64,000 nucleotides of DNA from Felis catus (Eukaryota), in the NCBI RefSeq assembly GCF_018350175.1, contig NC_058368.1, positions 191,830,001-191,894,000 of the forward strand, written 5' to 3'. Under the pieces are notes generated by a model that made no database searches, was not told the DNA's origin, and saw only the letters and a program-made list of their open reading frames with translations. Positions 13,351 to 25,069 of the stretch are shown piece after piece (positions within the stretch are counted from its first letter, which is position 1; each line of letters opens with the position of its first letter). The position numbers were made by a program, and so were the translations under genes.

Positions 13351-14699
13351 TCTCCCTTTGATCCAATCCATCACTCTGCCATGTGAATTTCATCTATCAT
13401 GTGTGACATGGTATAAAATCAGAGAAAACACCTGCTATAGGAACTCAGTGAATTCTGAGAGGAAAGAAATGTGTAGAGCCCCATTTGAAGATATGCTATT
13501 CAACTGCTGGCCCTCCCTTTTCACTAGATACTGGCTAGGGATGTTCAGGTATGCTGGGGCAGCTGACCTCCAGGGACAGGCTGTCAGGGTTATGAAAAAA
13601 CAGGGGGCCAAAGTGACTTCAGCATCTCCTACAGAGGGGTAGAGTACTTCCTGCTGACATGAGTGGAAACAAGCCATGGTGATCACCGGTCCAATTAGAG
13701 TGAACTTCAGGATATGTCCAGGACTCATGAAGAGACTGCTGAAAGATACATGCCAGAGCTGCTACAGCTATCGTGTCAAGAGGAAGAGCTGGTATGAGAA
13801 GAGAGCAAGTGATAAAATGGACTAAGAGACAGGAAGGAAAAATAAATACCTGGTGAGTTGTTTATGCTCTTGTATCCAGCTGGGCTGAAAGCGCATTCTT
13901 CCATCAGTACTTCTCACTTAAAGGAGCCAATTAAGACCCTTTTTGCCTGAAAAACAGTCAAATTCTTTTGTTGTTTCCAACCAAAACAATACTAACTCTC
14001 TCAATGTAAAAATGACTCTGAAAGGCTGAACTTCTTGCCAAAGATCACGATGGCTTTTAACGGATGAGTGGGTTCATGAACGCAGATCCCCTGACCCCCA
14101 GCTCAGTGTGGATTGTACTATACTCCATGCCACTTACCTGTTGGTGTCAATAAAAATGCCTTCCTCCCTTTCAAACAGAAGGGGTTTAAATACTTTCTGA
14201 CCTGGAATCACCTACACAGTGGGCCTGACCCTCATTCATTGTGTTCTCATCTGCTCAGGACAAGAGAGCCACTGGACGTAATTTCTAAGTGTGCTGTCGC
14301 AGTGTTCTTAATGGTCTCTCTGACATGCCATAACGACCCTGGGAGCAAGTGCTGTGCAACCAGCTGTCCTCCTCAGTGTGGCTTCTATGGCATGGCCACA
14401 GACAGCTTCTAAATTTAAGCTGCAGTGCCTTTTAATTGGGTGGTTAAGTGTTGTTTCCCGCCCACTCTTGCTACTAGCTTAGCCTCAGGCTACTAATTAC
14501 CAGCAGGACAGGTCACTTGTCATGTCTGCATCAACTCCATCATTTCTGACATCCTCACACAATGACAGGCTCGCCCTTTTCCTTTTAGCAAATCTGGGTT
14601 AGCCAGTGTTTGGCTTCATTTTCACGAATGCAGGATACCCAGTATTCCTATCTCCGCCTCAAATTATTTAGTTGGAGTTTTCTGCAGCTAAAATGCATC

Positions 14700-15480
14700 T
14701 GTTTGCTCAACATATATTTATTTATTCAGGGTTTTCTCTGTGCCTGGTCCCCTGCTAGGCCTCAGTATACAAAAGAGAGTTAAACAGATAAGGTCTTGCC
14801 TTCATGGAGCCTACTGTCCAGCGAGAGAGATGAACAAAGACCAAGTAAAGACTCAAATAAATGCTGGTCAGGCCAAAAAGGGAGAAGGAAAAAATGCTAT
14901 GAAGAGGAGAACCTTCATAGGAGAACCTAATTTAGATGGGAGAGAGAAGATAAGGAAGGCCTCTGAGGAAATGATAATTAAGCGGAGACCTGAATGAAGA
15001 GAAGGTACCTTTCAGGGAGCAGTGATGAGCAGGAAATTCTACACAGAAACACCAGCAACAGAGAAGACCAGAGGCCAGAAGGCCACTGATAGATTCCAAG
15101 AAATGAAAGGGTGGGCTGTAGCAAGCAAGGGAGAGTGACCAAAACATGAAGGGTAGGAAGGGGACTAAAGTCCATCTTAAGAAATTAGGTTTTATTCTTC
15201 ATGTGACAAAAGCCATTGGAGATTTCATGCAATTTATTGTACATTTATTTTTCATCCATACATTTATTCTGCAGTCAGTCAACGGTTTATTGAACAACTA
15301 CCACATATCAGGCACCATTCTAGGCACCAAGAATACCTCAACACACACATAAACCAAAATTCCTGCCTTTATGGAGCTTATCCTAGATAGGCAGTCTAAC
15401 ACAGAGAGGTTTTACTTGTTCCACCTTTGTAAAAAGATCACTTTGGTTTTCTCTGAAGAACGGAAGAAGGGAGGTGAGGC
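14700..15480 (-). mobile_element. L2 fragments (second L2 tail piece at ~15250-15390)
   Basis: CAACATATATTTATT...CTGTGCCTGG...GCCTTCATGGAGC; second TTTATTGAACAACTACCACATATCAGGCACCATTCTAGGCAC...CCTGCCTTTATGGAGCTTA. Confidence 0.6.
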
Positions 15481-15900
15481 AGCTGTTGTATGATATTTGC
15501 AAAAGACGTGGAGAAGTGTGATGGCTTCCTGTTCTTCCTGTTGTAGGGCAGTACTCCTAATGCCCCACTAGAAAAGCATTTTGTGACAGTTTATGGCTAC
15601 AGTGGTATTGGCTCTGCGTGGCCCCATTATTTCAGTGCTGAGTGGTCAAAAGCAATATTTTGAGAAGCCTGGCCAAAGTTGAACTGCAGTCTATTGCCTA
15701 GAAATGACCAGTGCTGGGCAGCGCATTTGAGACCCTTTGAAGCAAGAAGCTATGACACATAGGCTGTGAATTGAATAAGCTTTTGTACTAAAATAAAAAT
15801 ACATGGCTGATTATTCAGTCTACTCTGATAAGGCACTCCTTTCTCCTGGCAATGCAACTATCTGTCCATGGTTTTCCTTCTCTTTCCATCCCTTCACCTT

Positions 15901-15908
15901 CACACACA

Positions 15909-15956
<48 letters not shown>
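15901..15956. repeat. (CA)n microsatellite, slightly interrupted
   Basis: ~28 dinucleotide units. Confidence 0.97.
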
Positions 15957-15958
<2 letters not shown>

Positions 15959-16329
15959 CTTTTAAGGCAAAACAAATGCAAATTGGGAAACACGGCCACA
16001 GCACCAGAACAAGCCAATGAAGCTTTTCTCAAGGTGTAAGATCCAAGAACCCTCTGTATCAGGAGCACTGAAGAGTCATTAAATGTCCAGATATCTGTGT
16101 GTCCAATTTCTACCTGTTGTCTCAAGACTTTCAGGTTCTAAATATACAAGACTGAAGCTAAGAAATCTTAATTCTTCACACAGCATCCAGGGATTTTTTT
16201 ACTTCAATTCTCTCATCATAAGAACTTATCCAACTAAAGGTAAACCACACAATTTAAGTGCCTACTCATTTCTCCATGATTAGGGGAATATTACATGACC
16301 TCTAAAAATCCTTTAATTCACTGAGTTTC

Positions 16330-16555
16330 AATGAGAGACAGGATGTCATGTTGCTTAAGATGCTTGTGGTGAGCCAGATCTAAGTTCAAATGACAAATTA
16401 TTTAATCTCTTTAAACCTTAGTTTTCTTCATCTGGAAATGGAGACAATACCACATTCTCTATTTGTTATGTAAGAATCTTACATGAAGCAACAAGGCAAA
16501 GTCCTTAGAATAGATCTGGCACATGCTAGGTGCTTCAATATATGGTGATAATAAT
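16330..16555 (+). mobile_element. MIR SINE
   Basis: AAATTATTTAATCTCTTTAAACCTTAGTTTTCTTCATCTGGAAATGGAGACAATA core; CTGGCACATGCTAGGTGCTTCAATA tail. Confidence 0.65.
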
Positions 16556-17166
16556 GATTGTTCCATGATTTTCTTCGTCTTTATCTTTGCTACTATTCAG
16601 ACCTGGAAAGGCATTAGAGAAGTAAGCAATGAAAAGAATTTCAGAAAAATAGATACTTGTTCTTTCCTAAAAGAGAATTTTTAGTCACCTAATCACTATT
16701 CTCGGAAAAATTCTTTAGCTGAGAACACACAAATGGCAGCCTGAATCCCTTATGTAAGTATAGAAATAGTTATTCCCACAAGGAATAGAAGCAAAACTCC
16801 CACACTATAGTCCTCCCATGCTCACTCAAGGCTGCAAGAGTTGGGCTTGTCAGAAACACCTCCTTGATCTATCTCTAGAGATCTTTCTAACCTGAAGTTA
16901 ATTTGTTGCCACTTGAGGGGGGCAGAGGGGCATCACCAGAATTTAGTTCTGTTTTATACAAGAAATCCTAAAGTCTAATAGATGCAGGATCCTTCAGAGA
17001 AAAATTACAAACATAGAGACAAAATTTCCAAATGGCAGAAAAGGAACCTAAGGCTTAGAAATGTAAAATATACTTTTCAGGATTGGTGATCATGATAAAC
17101 CAAAAGACGACTTCTCATCACTGCTCCCTATTCTTATGGCTGTCTCTTTGCAATAACTCAAACTTA

Positions 17167-17571
17167 TTATTTTTAAAGTTTTTATTTAAATTCCAGTTAG
17201 TTAACTACAGAGTAATATTAGTTTCATATATACAATATAATGAGTTAACCCTTCCTTACAACACCTGGTGCCCATCTCAACAAGTGCACTCCTAATCCCC
17301 AGCAGCTATCTTACCCAGCCCCCCATCTAACTCCCGTCTGGCAACATCAGCATGCTCTCTGTAGTTAACAGTCTGTTTCTTGGTTTGCCCCCCTCCTTTT
17401 TTTCCTTTTGCTTGCTTTATTTTTTAAATTCCACATATGAGTGAAATCATATGGTATTATTTGTCTTTCTCTGACTGGCTTAGTATAATACTCTGTAGAT
17501 CCATCCACATCATTGAAAATGGCAAGATCTCATTATTTTTTATGGCTATGTAATATTCCATCATATATATC

Positions 17572-17619
<48 letters not shown>

Positions 17620-17631
17620 ATAGACCACATC
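17167..17631 (-). mobile_element. Carnivore L1 3' end (element A) containing (TG)n at 17574-17618
   Basis: T-rich tail, TTAAATTCCACATATGAGTGAAATCATATGGTA..GTCTTTCTCTGACTGGCTT, similar to the 3' end of the young L1 at 47.4-47.8 kb. Confidence 0.88.
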
Positions 17632-17633
17632 AG

Positions 17634-17848
17634 TTTTTTTTTTAAGTTTATTTATTTTTAGAGAGAGAGAGAGAGAGTGTGTGTGAGCTGGGGAGGAGTA
17701 GAGAGAGGGGGAGAGAGAGAATCCCAAGCAGGCTCCATGCTACCAGTGCAGAGCCCAATGCAGGGCTCAAACTCACAAACCATGAGATCATGACCTGAGC
17801 CAAAATCAAGAGTCAGATGCTTAACTGACAGAGCTACCCAGATGCCCC
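17634..17848 (-). mobile_element. Can-SINE
   Basis: T tail, (GA)n, AATCCCAAGCAGGCTCC, GATCATGACCTGAGCC, ends CCCAGATGCCCC. Confidence 0.95.
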
Positions 17849-17851
17849 ATC

Positions 17852-18915
17852 TTCTTTTTTTTTTTAATTTAAATTTTAGTTACTTAACACCCAATGCAAT
17901 ATTGGTTTCAGTAGAATTCAGTGATTCATCACTTACACACAACACACAGCACTCATTGCAACAAGTGCCCTCCATAGTACCCAACACCCATCTAACCCAT
18001 CCCCTACCCACCTCCCTCCATTAAGAGTTTGTTCTCTACCATTAAGAGTCTTTTGTCGTTTGCTTCCCTCTCTTCTCTCCCCCACCCACCTTCCCATATG
18101 TTCATCTATTTTGTTTCTTAAATTCCACATATAAGTGAAATCAAATGGTATTTGTCTTTCTCTGATTGAGAAATAAATAATATATTCTAGCTCCATCCAT
18201 GTAATTGCAAATGGCAAGATTTCATTCTTTTTTATGACTAATGTTCCATTGTATACATATATACATATTCACTCATATATATATATACACATATATATTC
18301 ACTCATATATATATATACACACATATATATGTGTGTGTATATATATATATACATATATGTGTGTGTGTGTGCGTGTGTGTGTATACACACACGCACATAC
18401 ACACCACATCTTCTTTATCCATTCATTTGGGCTCTCTCTCCATAGTTCGGCTATTGTTGATAATGTTGCCATAAACATTGGTGTGCATGTATCCCTTTGA
18501 ATCTGTATTTTTGTATCCTTTAAGTAAATACCTAATAGTGCAATTGCTGGATCATAGAGTAGTTCTATTTTTAGTTTCTTGAGAAATCTCCATACTGTTC
18601 TCCAGAGTGGCGTCACCAGTTTACATTTCCACCAACAGTACAAGAGTATTCTCCTTTCTCAGCGTCCTCACCAACACCTGTTACTTCTTGTGTGGTTGAT
18701 TTTAGCCATTCTGACAGGTATGAGATGATATCTTATTGAGTTTTGATTTGCATTTCCTTGATGATCAGAGATGCTGAGCGTCTTTTCTTGTGTCTGTTGG
18801 CCATCTGGATGTCTTCTTTGGAGAAATGTCTATTCATGTCTTCCACATATTTTTAATTGGATTATCAATTTTGAGGTGCTGTGTTTTATAAGCTCTTTAT
18901 AAATGTTGGGTATTT
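17852..18915 (-). mobile_element. Carnivore L1 3' end (element B) with ORF2 C-terminal remnants and a compound microsatellite at 18253-18403
   Basis: New T tail at ~17855; minus translations give [38 protein letters not shown] and PFAITWMELE, matching L1 ORF2. Confidence 0.92.
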
Positions 18916-19458
18916 ATTATTTTTGTATGTGATTCTCCCAATATAATTTTCAGTTGTTCTGAGTTGGGAATTCAAGGGGGGAGGGTAAAATGAAATGTGA
19001 ATTATTTGCATGGAGGGATGAAAAGAGAAATGAAGACGTGGTTTCCAAACAGGTCTTCAATCCATGAAAGCAGAAATGCTACACATAGAGTAAATAAATG
19101 TCAATATGAACACCTGTTAATGAATGATACCACTTCCAAGAGAGAATAATGACATGATAGGGCTTCTCTTTTGAATATTTGAGGTTACTTAGATCTAGGG
19201 GGATTGTGTTTCTATTTGTAATGGCTGCTGCCTTTGCCCAGAACTACCGTTGTACTTCCCATCACAGCATCTCATTCTAGCCAGGGACCCTAAAACTCTG
19301 ACTGAAAATACAGAGTGTAATCCTGATAAAGCCAACCATTGGCTTGGCCACAGAGTTTGGTCCAGGGTTAGATCTGTGACCCTAGCCAATATCAGAGCAC
19401 ATCCCAGGAATTGTCTAAAGGGAAGAATCTATTTTCCTCTCTATTAATAAAACTATGA

Positions 19459-19706
19459 GGGGTTTCCTGGGTGGCTCAGTTGGTTAAGCATCCAACTGTG
19501 CCTCAGGTCATGATCTCACAGTTCCTGAGTTCAAGCCCCACATCAGGCTTTGTGCTGACAGCTCAGAGTCAGGAACCTGCTTCACATTCTGTGTCCCTCT
19601 CTTTCCCCCTTTCCCATTCACATTGTCTCTGTCTCTGTCTCTCTCTCTGTCTCTCTCTCTCTCTCTCTCTCAAAAGTAAATAAACATTGAAAAAATGTTT
19701 TTAAAC
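19459..19706 (+). mobile_element. Can-SINE
   Basis: GGGGTTTCCTGGGTGGCTCAGTTGGTTAAG head, CT tract, A-rich tail. Confidence 0.95.
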
Positions 19707-20065
19707 AAATAAATCTATTTGAGCTCAATAGCTCAAAGCTATTTGAGCTGCATGGTACCATATCTCTCATCATGACATATCATGAGGAAATGAAGCTGGT
19801 GCCTTGGAGAAAATCTGACATGTCAAGGAAGTATGAATCTAAATCCCATAAGGTTCTGAGCTCCAGGCCCTGGTTTGTAGTTCTTCCTTTAATTCAGATT
19901 TTTCTTAAACTCAAAGAACTTGGGTCTCTATCACTTGGAATCCAATGAATTCCCATATAGTCCTATTGGGGCTTGAGATTACAAAACCCAGTAAACCAGA
20001 TAATGTCTTAAGATTGCCCCCCCAAATTCATGGGAAAAATGTGTTTCTTTAAAACTTCACTCATT

Positions 20066-20288
20066 GGGGCGCCTGGGTGGCTCAGTCGGTTGAGCGTCCG
20101 ACTTCGGCTCAGGTCATGATCTCGTGGTCCGTGGGCTCGAGCCCCGCGTTGGGCTCTGTGCTGACAGCTCAGAGCCTGGAGCCTGTTTCGGATTCTGTGT
20201 CTCCCTCTTTCTCTGACCCTCCCCTGTTCATGCTCTCTCTCTCTCTGTCTCAAAAATAAATAAAATGTTAAAAAAAAAATTAAAAAAA
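20066..20288 (+). mobile_element. Can-SINE, well preserved
   Basis: Exact TSD AAAACTTCACTCATT at 20051-20065 and 20289-20303; TT/AAAA site; CpG-rich head. Confidence 0.98.
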
Positions 20289-20683
20289 AAAACTTCACTC
20301 ATTAAAATGACAATGCCATTTATAATAGCAGGGAAAAAAAAAACCTACTACTTAGGGTTAAATTTTACAAAAGACATACAAGACCAAGACCTGTCTCCTG
20401 AAAAACTACAAAACCTTGCTAAGAGAAATTAAGAAGACCTAAATAAATGGATAGATATACAGTGTTTAAGGATGGAAACATTCAATATTACTAAGTATCA
20501 ATTCTTCTCAACTTGTATGTATAGATTTAACACAAGCTCAGGCAAAACTCAGCAAAATATTTGGGGAAACTGATAAGTTTATTTCAAAATTTATGCGGAC
20601 CTAGAGTAGTCAGACAACCTTGAAAATAAAAACAAAGTTGGAAGACTTGTACTACTTGATTTTAAGATGTATTATAAAGCTGT

Positions 20684-20895
20684 GATGATTTCTCAACCTC
20701 AGCACTATTGACATTCGGTGCTGAAAGATTCTTTGTTGTAGTGGATCCACGTACTACAGGATATTTAGCAGGGTTACTGAGTTCTACCCACTGTAAATGT
20801 GTAATATCCCTACCCCTGTTGTGACAAGCAGAAATGATTCTAGACATTGCCAAATGTTCCCAGGGAACAAAATCACCCCCCATTCAAAGCCATTG
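20684..20895 (-). mobile_element. MER20 (hAT-Charlie MITE)
   Basis: TTTCTCAACCTCAGCACTATTGACATT...GACATTGCCAAATGTTCCCAGGGAACAAAATCACCCCC. Confidence 0.85.
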
Positions 20896-21732
20896 AGCTA
20901 CAGCAATCAAAATAGTGAGGTATTGGCATGGGGAGGCGGAGCAAAGAAATCAGTAGAACACAATAGAATCAAGAAAGAAACCCACACATATGTGATCAAT
21001 TAATTTTTTACTATAGTCCAAAGATAGTCCAATGGAAAAAAGATAACCTTTTTGACAAATGGCAATGTAACAATTTGATATCAATACACAAACAGAAGAC
21101 AAATTCAATTCATACCTCATACCATATATAAAAATTAATTCAAAATTAACTCTATGTCTACTGTAATATAAAACCTCTAGATTCTAGAAAATTTCTAGAA
21201 GAAAATATACATGAAAATGTTGGTGACCCTGGATTAGGCAAAGATTTTTTTTTTGTTATGACACTAAAAGTAGGGGTATAAAGGAACAAATTGATAAATT
21301 CAATGTAATCAAAATTAAACTCTCTGTTCTTCAAAATATACTATTATAAAAAGATGAAAAACAGAGTTTCAAAGTTTTTTTGAAATCACATATCTGGTAA
21401 AGGACTTACATGTAGAAAGTAAAAAGAACTTACAAAAACAATCAGAAAATAACTCAGAGATAAAGGATTTGAACAAATACTTAAAGGAGATATATGGATG
21501 GCAAATAAACATGTGAAAAGATTCTCAACATCATTATTTATTAGGGAATTCAAATTAAAACCACAATGAAATATCACTACATACCTATTAGACTGGCTAA
21601 ACTTAGAAAGAAGCACTATATTAAGTGCTGGGGAGCAAATGCAGGAACTCATAAACACTGGGGTAGGGAGTATAAGATGGCAAATCACTTTGGAAAACAA
21701 CTGGGCAGTTTCTTAAAAAGTTAAATGTTCAC

Positions 21733-21988
21733 TATTATTGCATTACGGCTGCCATAACTAAGTACCAGAAACTGGGTGTCTTAACAACAGAAATTTATTG
21801 TTTCACAGTTCTAGAGGATAGAAGTAGGAGATCAAGGTGGTGGCAGTGTTGATTCCTTCTGAGGGCTGTGAGGGAGAATCTGTCCGAGCCTCTCTCCTAG
21901 CTTCTAGTGGCTTGCTGGCAATCTTTGGCATTCCTTGGCTTGTAGAAGCATCACCCCAATCTCTGCATCCATCTTCACATGGTATTCT

Positions 21989-22028
<40 letters not shown>

Positions 22029-22200
22029 AAGTCTTCCCCTTTTCATAAGGACCCCAGTTATACTGGATAAAGTCCCTCCTGATGGCTTCATTCTAACTTG
22101 ATTACCTATATAAAGATCCTAACTTAAAATAAGATCACATTCTGAAAATGTTAGAACTTCAACAATATCTTTTTGGGGGGACACAATTCAACCTGTAGCA
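21733..22200 (-). mobile_element. MLT1 (ERVL-MaLR) solo LTR containing (GT)n at 21991-22026
   Basis: GGCTGCCATAAC..AGTACCAGAAACTGGGTG..TTAACAACAGAAATTTATT...GGGGGACACAATTCAACC. Confidence 0.85.
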
Positions 22201-24057
22201 CCTACCATAGGATGCAACCACTCCCTTACTAGGTATTTAACCAAAAGAAATGAAAGTATATATCATATGTTCAGAGCAGCTTTATTCATAATGCCAAAAA
22301 CTGGAAACAAGCCAAAGGTCAATCAACAAATGAAAAGAAAAACAGTTTGTGGCATATCTATATAATAAAATACTACTCCAGAAAAAAAGTAAATTAACTA
22401 TTGATCCACACAATTATACAGATGAATCTCACAATAATTATGCTGAGTGATAGAAGTCAGAGAGGAATTACATCTTTTGTGATTCCATTTAAGTAAACTC
22501 AAAGAAATGCATAATAATTTATAGCGACAGGAAGCAGGTCAGTGGTTGCCTAGTGATGGGGGATTAGGAAACCTTAGAGGGAGAGATTATAAAGGGAACA
22601 AGAAAATTTTCGGGGTGACAGATTTGTTCACTATTTGATTGTGGCGATATTTTCACAGTATATATCAATACCTATCAAACTGTACACTTTATATATGCGC
22701 AGTTTATGTCAGTTATATCTCAACAGAGGTGTTTAAAAAAAACAGCTGGTGCATAAAGCAGGGTACCTGGTAGTATAAACAATAAGAAACTGTCATGCTA
22801 ACCTGATGATGATTGAAAAGGCAGTTGAGACGTCTTCAAGAAATGCTCTTCCATCATATAAAGGCAGGAGACTGATGTTTCCACAGTAGCTACGGTCTCA
22901 GAACCCCATCTAAGACACCATAAAAGGAAACGCTACCATCTGAAGGAGGCCCCGTGCTTTAGGCTGGAGGAAGATTACTTGCAAACTCTGACTATCCCAC
23001 ATAATTGAAATGGAAATGGGAAAGTCTGTGGAGAGAGAGCTTTCAGGCTGATTGGTCCTGCCAAAGCCAAATCAACTCATTTATTCAACATGCATATCCT
23101 GAGCTCAAACAAGTGCCTCAAGCTTTGGATGTAGTGATGAATGAGATGTGCTCCCTATCTATAAGGAGCTCCTAACCTGGTAGGGAAAAGGCAGAGGCTG
23201 CACATTCTCAACTTACCAGAATACCCTTTGATTAAGGCTCTGTGAGTGATGCATGCTAAGTGCTAAGGGAGCCCCAAAGAGGGAGGGGATGAGCCTGTCA
23301 ATTCTAACTGATTCTGTACACAATTTACCAGAACATAAATCCATCTCGTAAAGTACATAACTTGCCAGTCTAGGTCAGACTTAGACCAACTAGGTCAAAG
23401 GGTGTGGGGAAGAAACAGTTAACTTCCTTGGTGCTAGCATGAAATTTTGGGACTATTCCCCATACATTCTAGGGTTCTTATATTCTGTGTCTGAAAACTT
23501 AAATTTTGCTATGCTACTTGGAGTCTAGAATATCGTGTACAAAAAGATATAATTAGAGTCTATAGAATCAATAGCAGTCTGGATAAGATTAATTTGAACT
23601 TGATACATCAATTTGGTGAAGTCCATCAATGAAACCAATGTTTGACAACTTTGGAGGCAAAACAAGCGTTTGATTTGCTATCTTTCTTTTTTTATAAGTG
23701 GTTGCTGCTTCATGTAGTACAGTAGAAGAGAACCTGGGTATTTAAACAAAAGCCTAAGAGGCAGCAAAGTAAATGAATGGAGGACAAGGGCTGGAATCAG
23801 AGACTCTCTCATCATGTTGTGTGACACTTAATAAGTTAATAAACTTCTGTGAAATTTAAATCCCTTTTTGATAAAAGGGGTAGTAAGAGTACCTACATGA
23901 GAGAGTTCAGTGAAAATTTAATGAGCCAGTATGTGTGTGGTACCTGGTTGAGGACATTTAAAATATTATTGCCCCTGTTATTGTTTATGTTCTAGATCTG
24001 TCACTTGCTTTCTAAGTATGTCTCCTTTGGAAAGCCCTTTCACCCTTTTTGAGCTTT

Positions 24058-24525
24058 CATTCATTGGTCTATAAGCTGGCAACAATTAGAGCTGTCCTAT
24101 CAAATTCATTTAAGAAGTAGTTACACTTGATAGGTGTGTGCCAGCCACTAAGGCTGTAGAGATGATTGAGACATGATTCCTGTTCTTTGGGAGTTTCAGT
24201 CTAGCAAGGAATATGGACAAGCAAACAAATAATAACAATACAGTATGTAGGTGCTAACATAAGTGATATATAGGCTGTTATGGATGCTCATAGAAGGGTC
24301 TCTTTATCTAGCAGGGGTCAGGACAGGTCTTATAAATAGCAGTTAGCCACAAAACAAATTTTGACAGAGTAAATAGATATCCAAAGCCTGAAAGAAGCAG
24401 TTGGTGATTTAGCAAATAACAAGACTTTAGTCTGGTTAGAGCGTAGAATCTCAGAAAAGGACAGAGAAAAGAAATACTGAAGCGGTAATAAATGCCTTAC
24501 CAGAAGGGCCTCTTAAACTGTTGAC
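24058..24525 (-). mobile_element. L2 fragment
   Basis: GTGTGCCAGCCACTAAGGCTGTAGAGATGA..GACATGATTCCTGTTCT..GGAGTTTCAGTCTAG, then purine-rich L2-like body. Confidence 0.5.
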
Positions 24526-24544
24526 GAAGTTTGGGCATTATCTT

Positions 24545-24551
24545 TTAAAAA

Positions 24552-24611
<60 letters not shown>

Positions 24612-24804
24612 AGAGAGAGAGAGAGAGAGAGAGTGCACAAGCAAAGGAGGGGCAAAGAAAGAAGGAGGTAGAGAAAATCCCAAGCAGGCTCCATGCTGTC
24701 AGTGCAGGACCCAAAGCAGGATTCAAATCCACAAACTGTGAGATCATGACCTGAGCTGAAATCAAGAGTCAGACGCTTAACCAATGGAGCTACCTGGGCG
24801 TCCC
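24545..24804 (-). mobile_element. Can-SINE whose tail has become (TA)n
   Basis: TSD GAAGTTTGGG(C/T)ATTATCTT at 24526-24544 and 24807-24825; (TA)~27 then (GA)11 then SINE body. Confidence 0.95.
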
Positions 24805-24962
24805 AAGAAGTTTGGGTATTATCTTCAAGTATCCTGAATACAAAGCTGGTATTACAAACAAATGTTAAGATCTAAGTGAAAACGCTCTGAATTATAAAGC
24901 TCTATTCAAATGTCGCTACTAAGACAGTAGCCCATCTCTTCATTTTTCCTACCTCCCTAACA

Positions 24963-24982
24963 GACACGCACGCGCGCGCGTG

Positions 24983-25066
<84 letters not shown>
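24963..25066. repeat. Compound microsatellite (CG)n-(CA)n-(GA)n
   Basis: CACGCACGCGCGCGCGTGT, (CA)~14, (GA)~26. Confidence 0.97.

Positions 25067-25069
<3 letters not shown>

Larger units (their letters stand above)
20304..22742 (+). mobile_element. Ancient L1 (L1M-type) ORF2 3' half and 3' UTR, interrupted by MER20 and MLT1
   Basis: Degenerate ORF2 text (GAAATTAAGAAGACCTAAATAAATGG; CAAATTAAAACCACAATGAAATATCAC; TTTGGAAAACAACTGGGCAGTTTCTT); L1M 3' UTR ending in an A tract. Confidence 0.85.
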
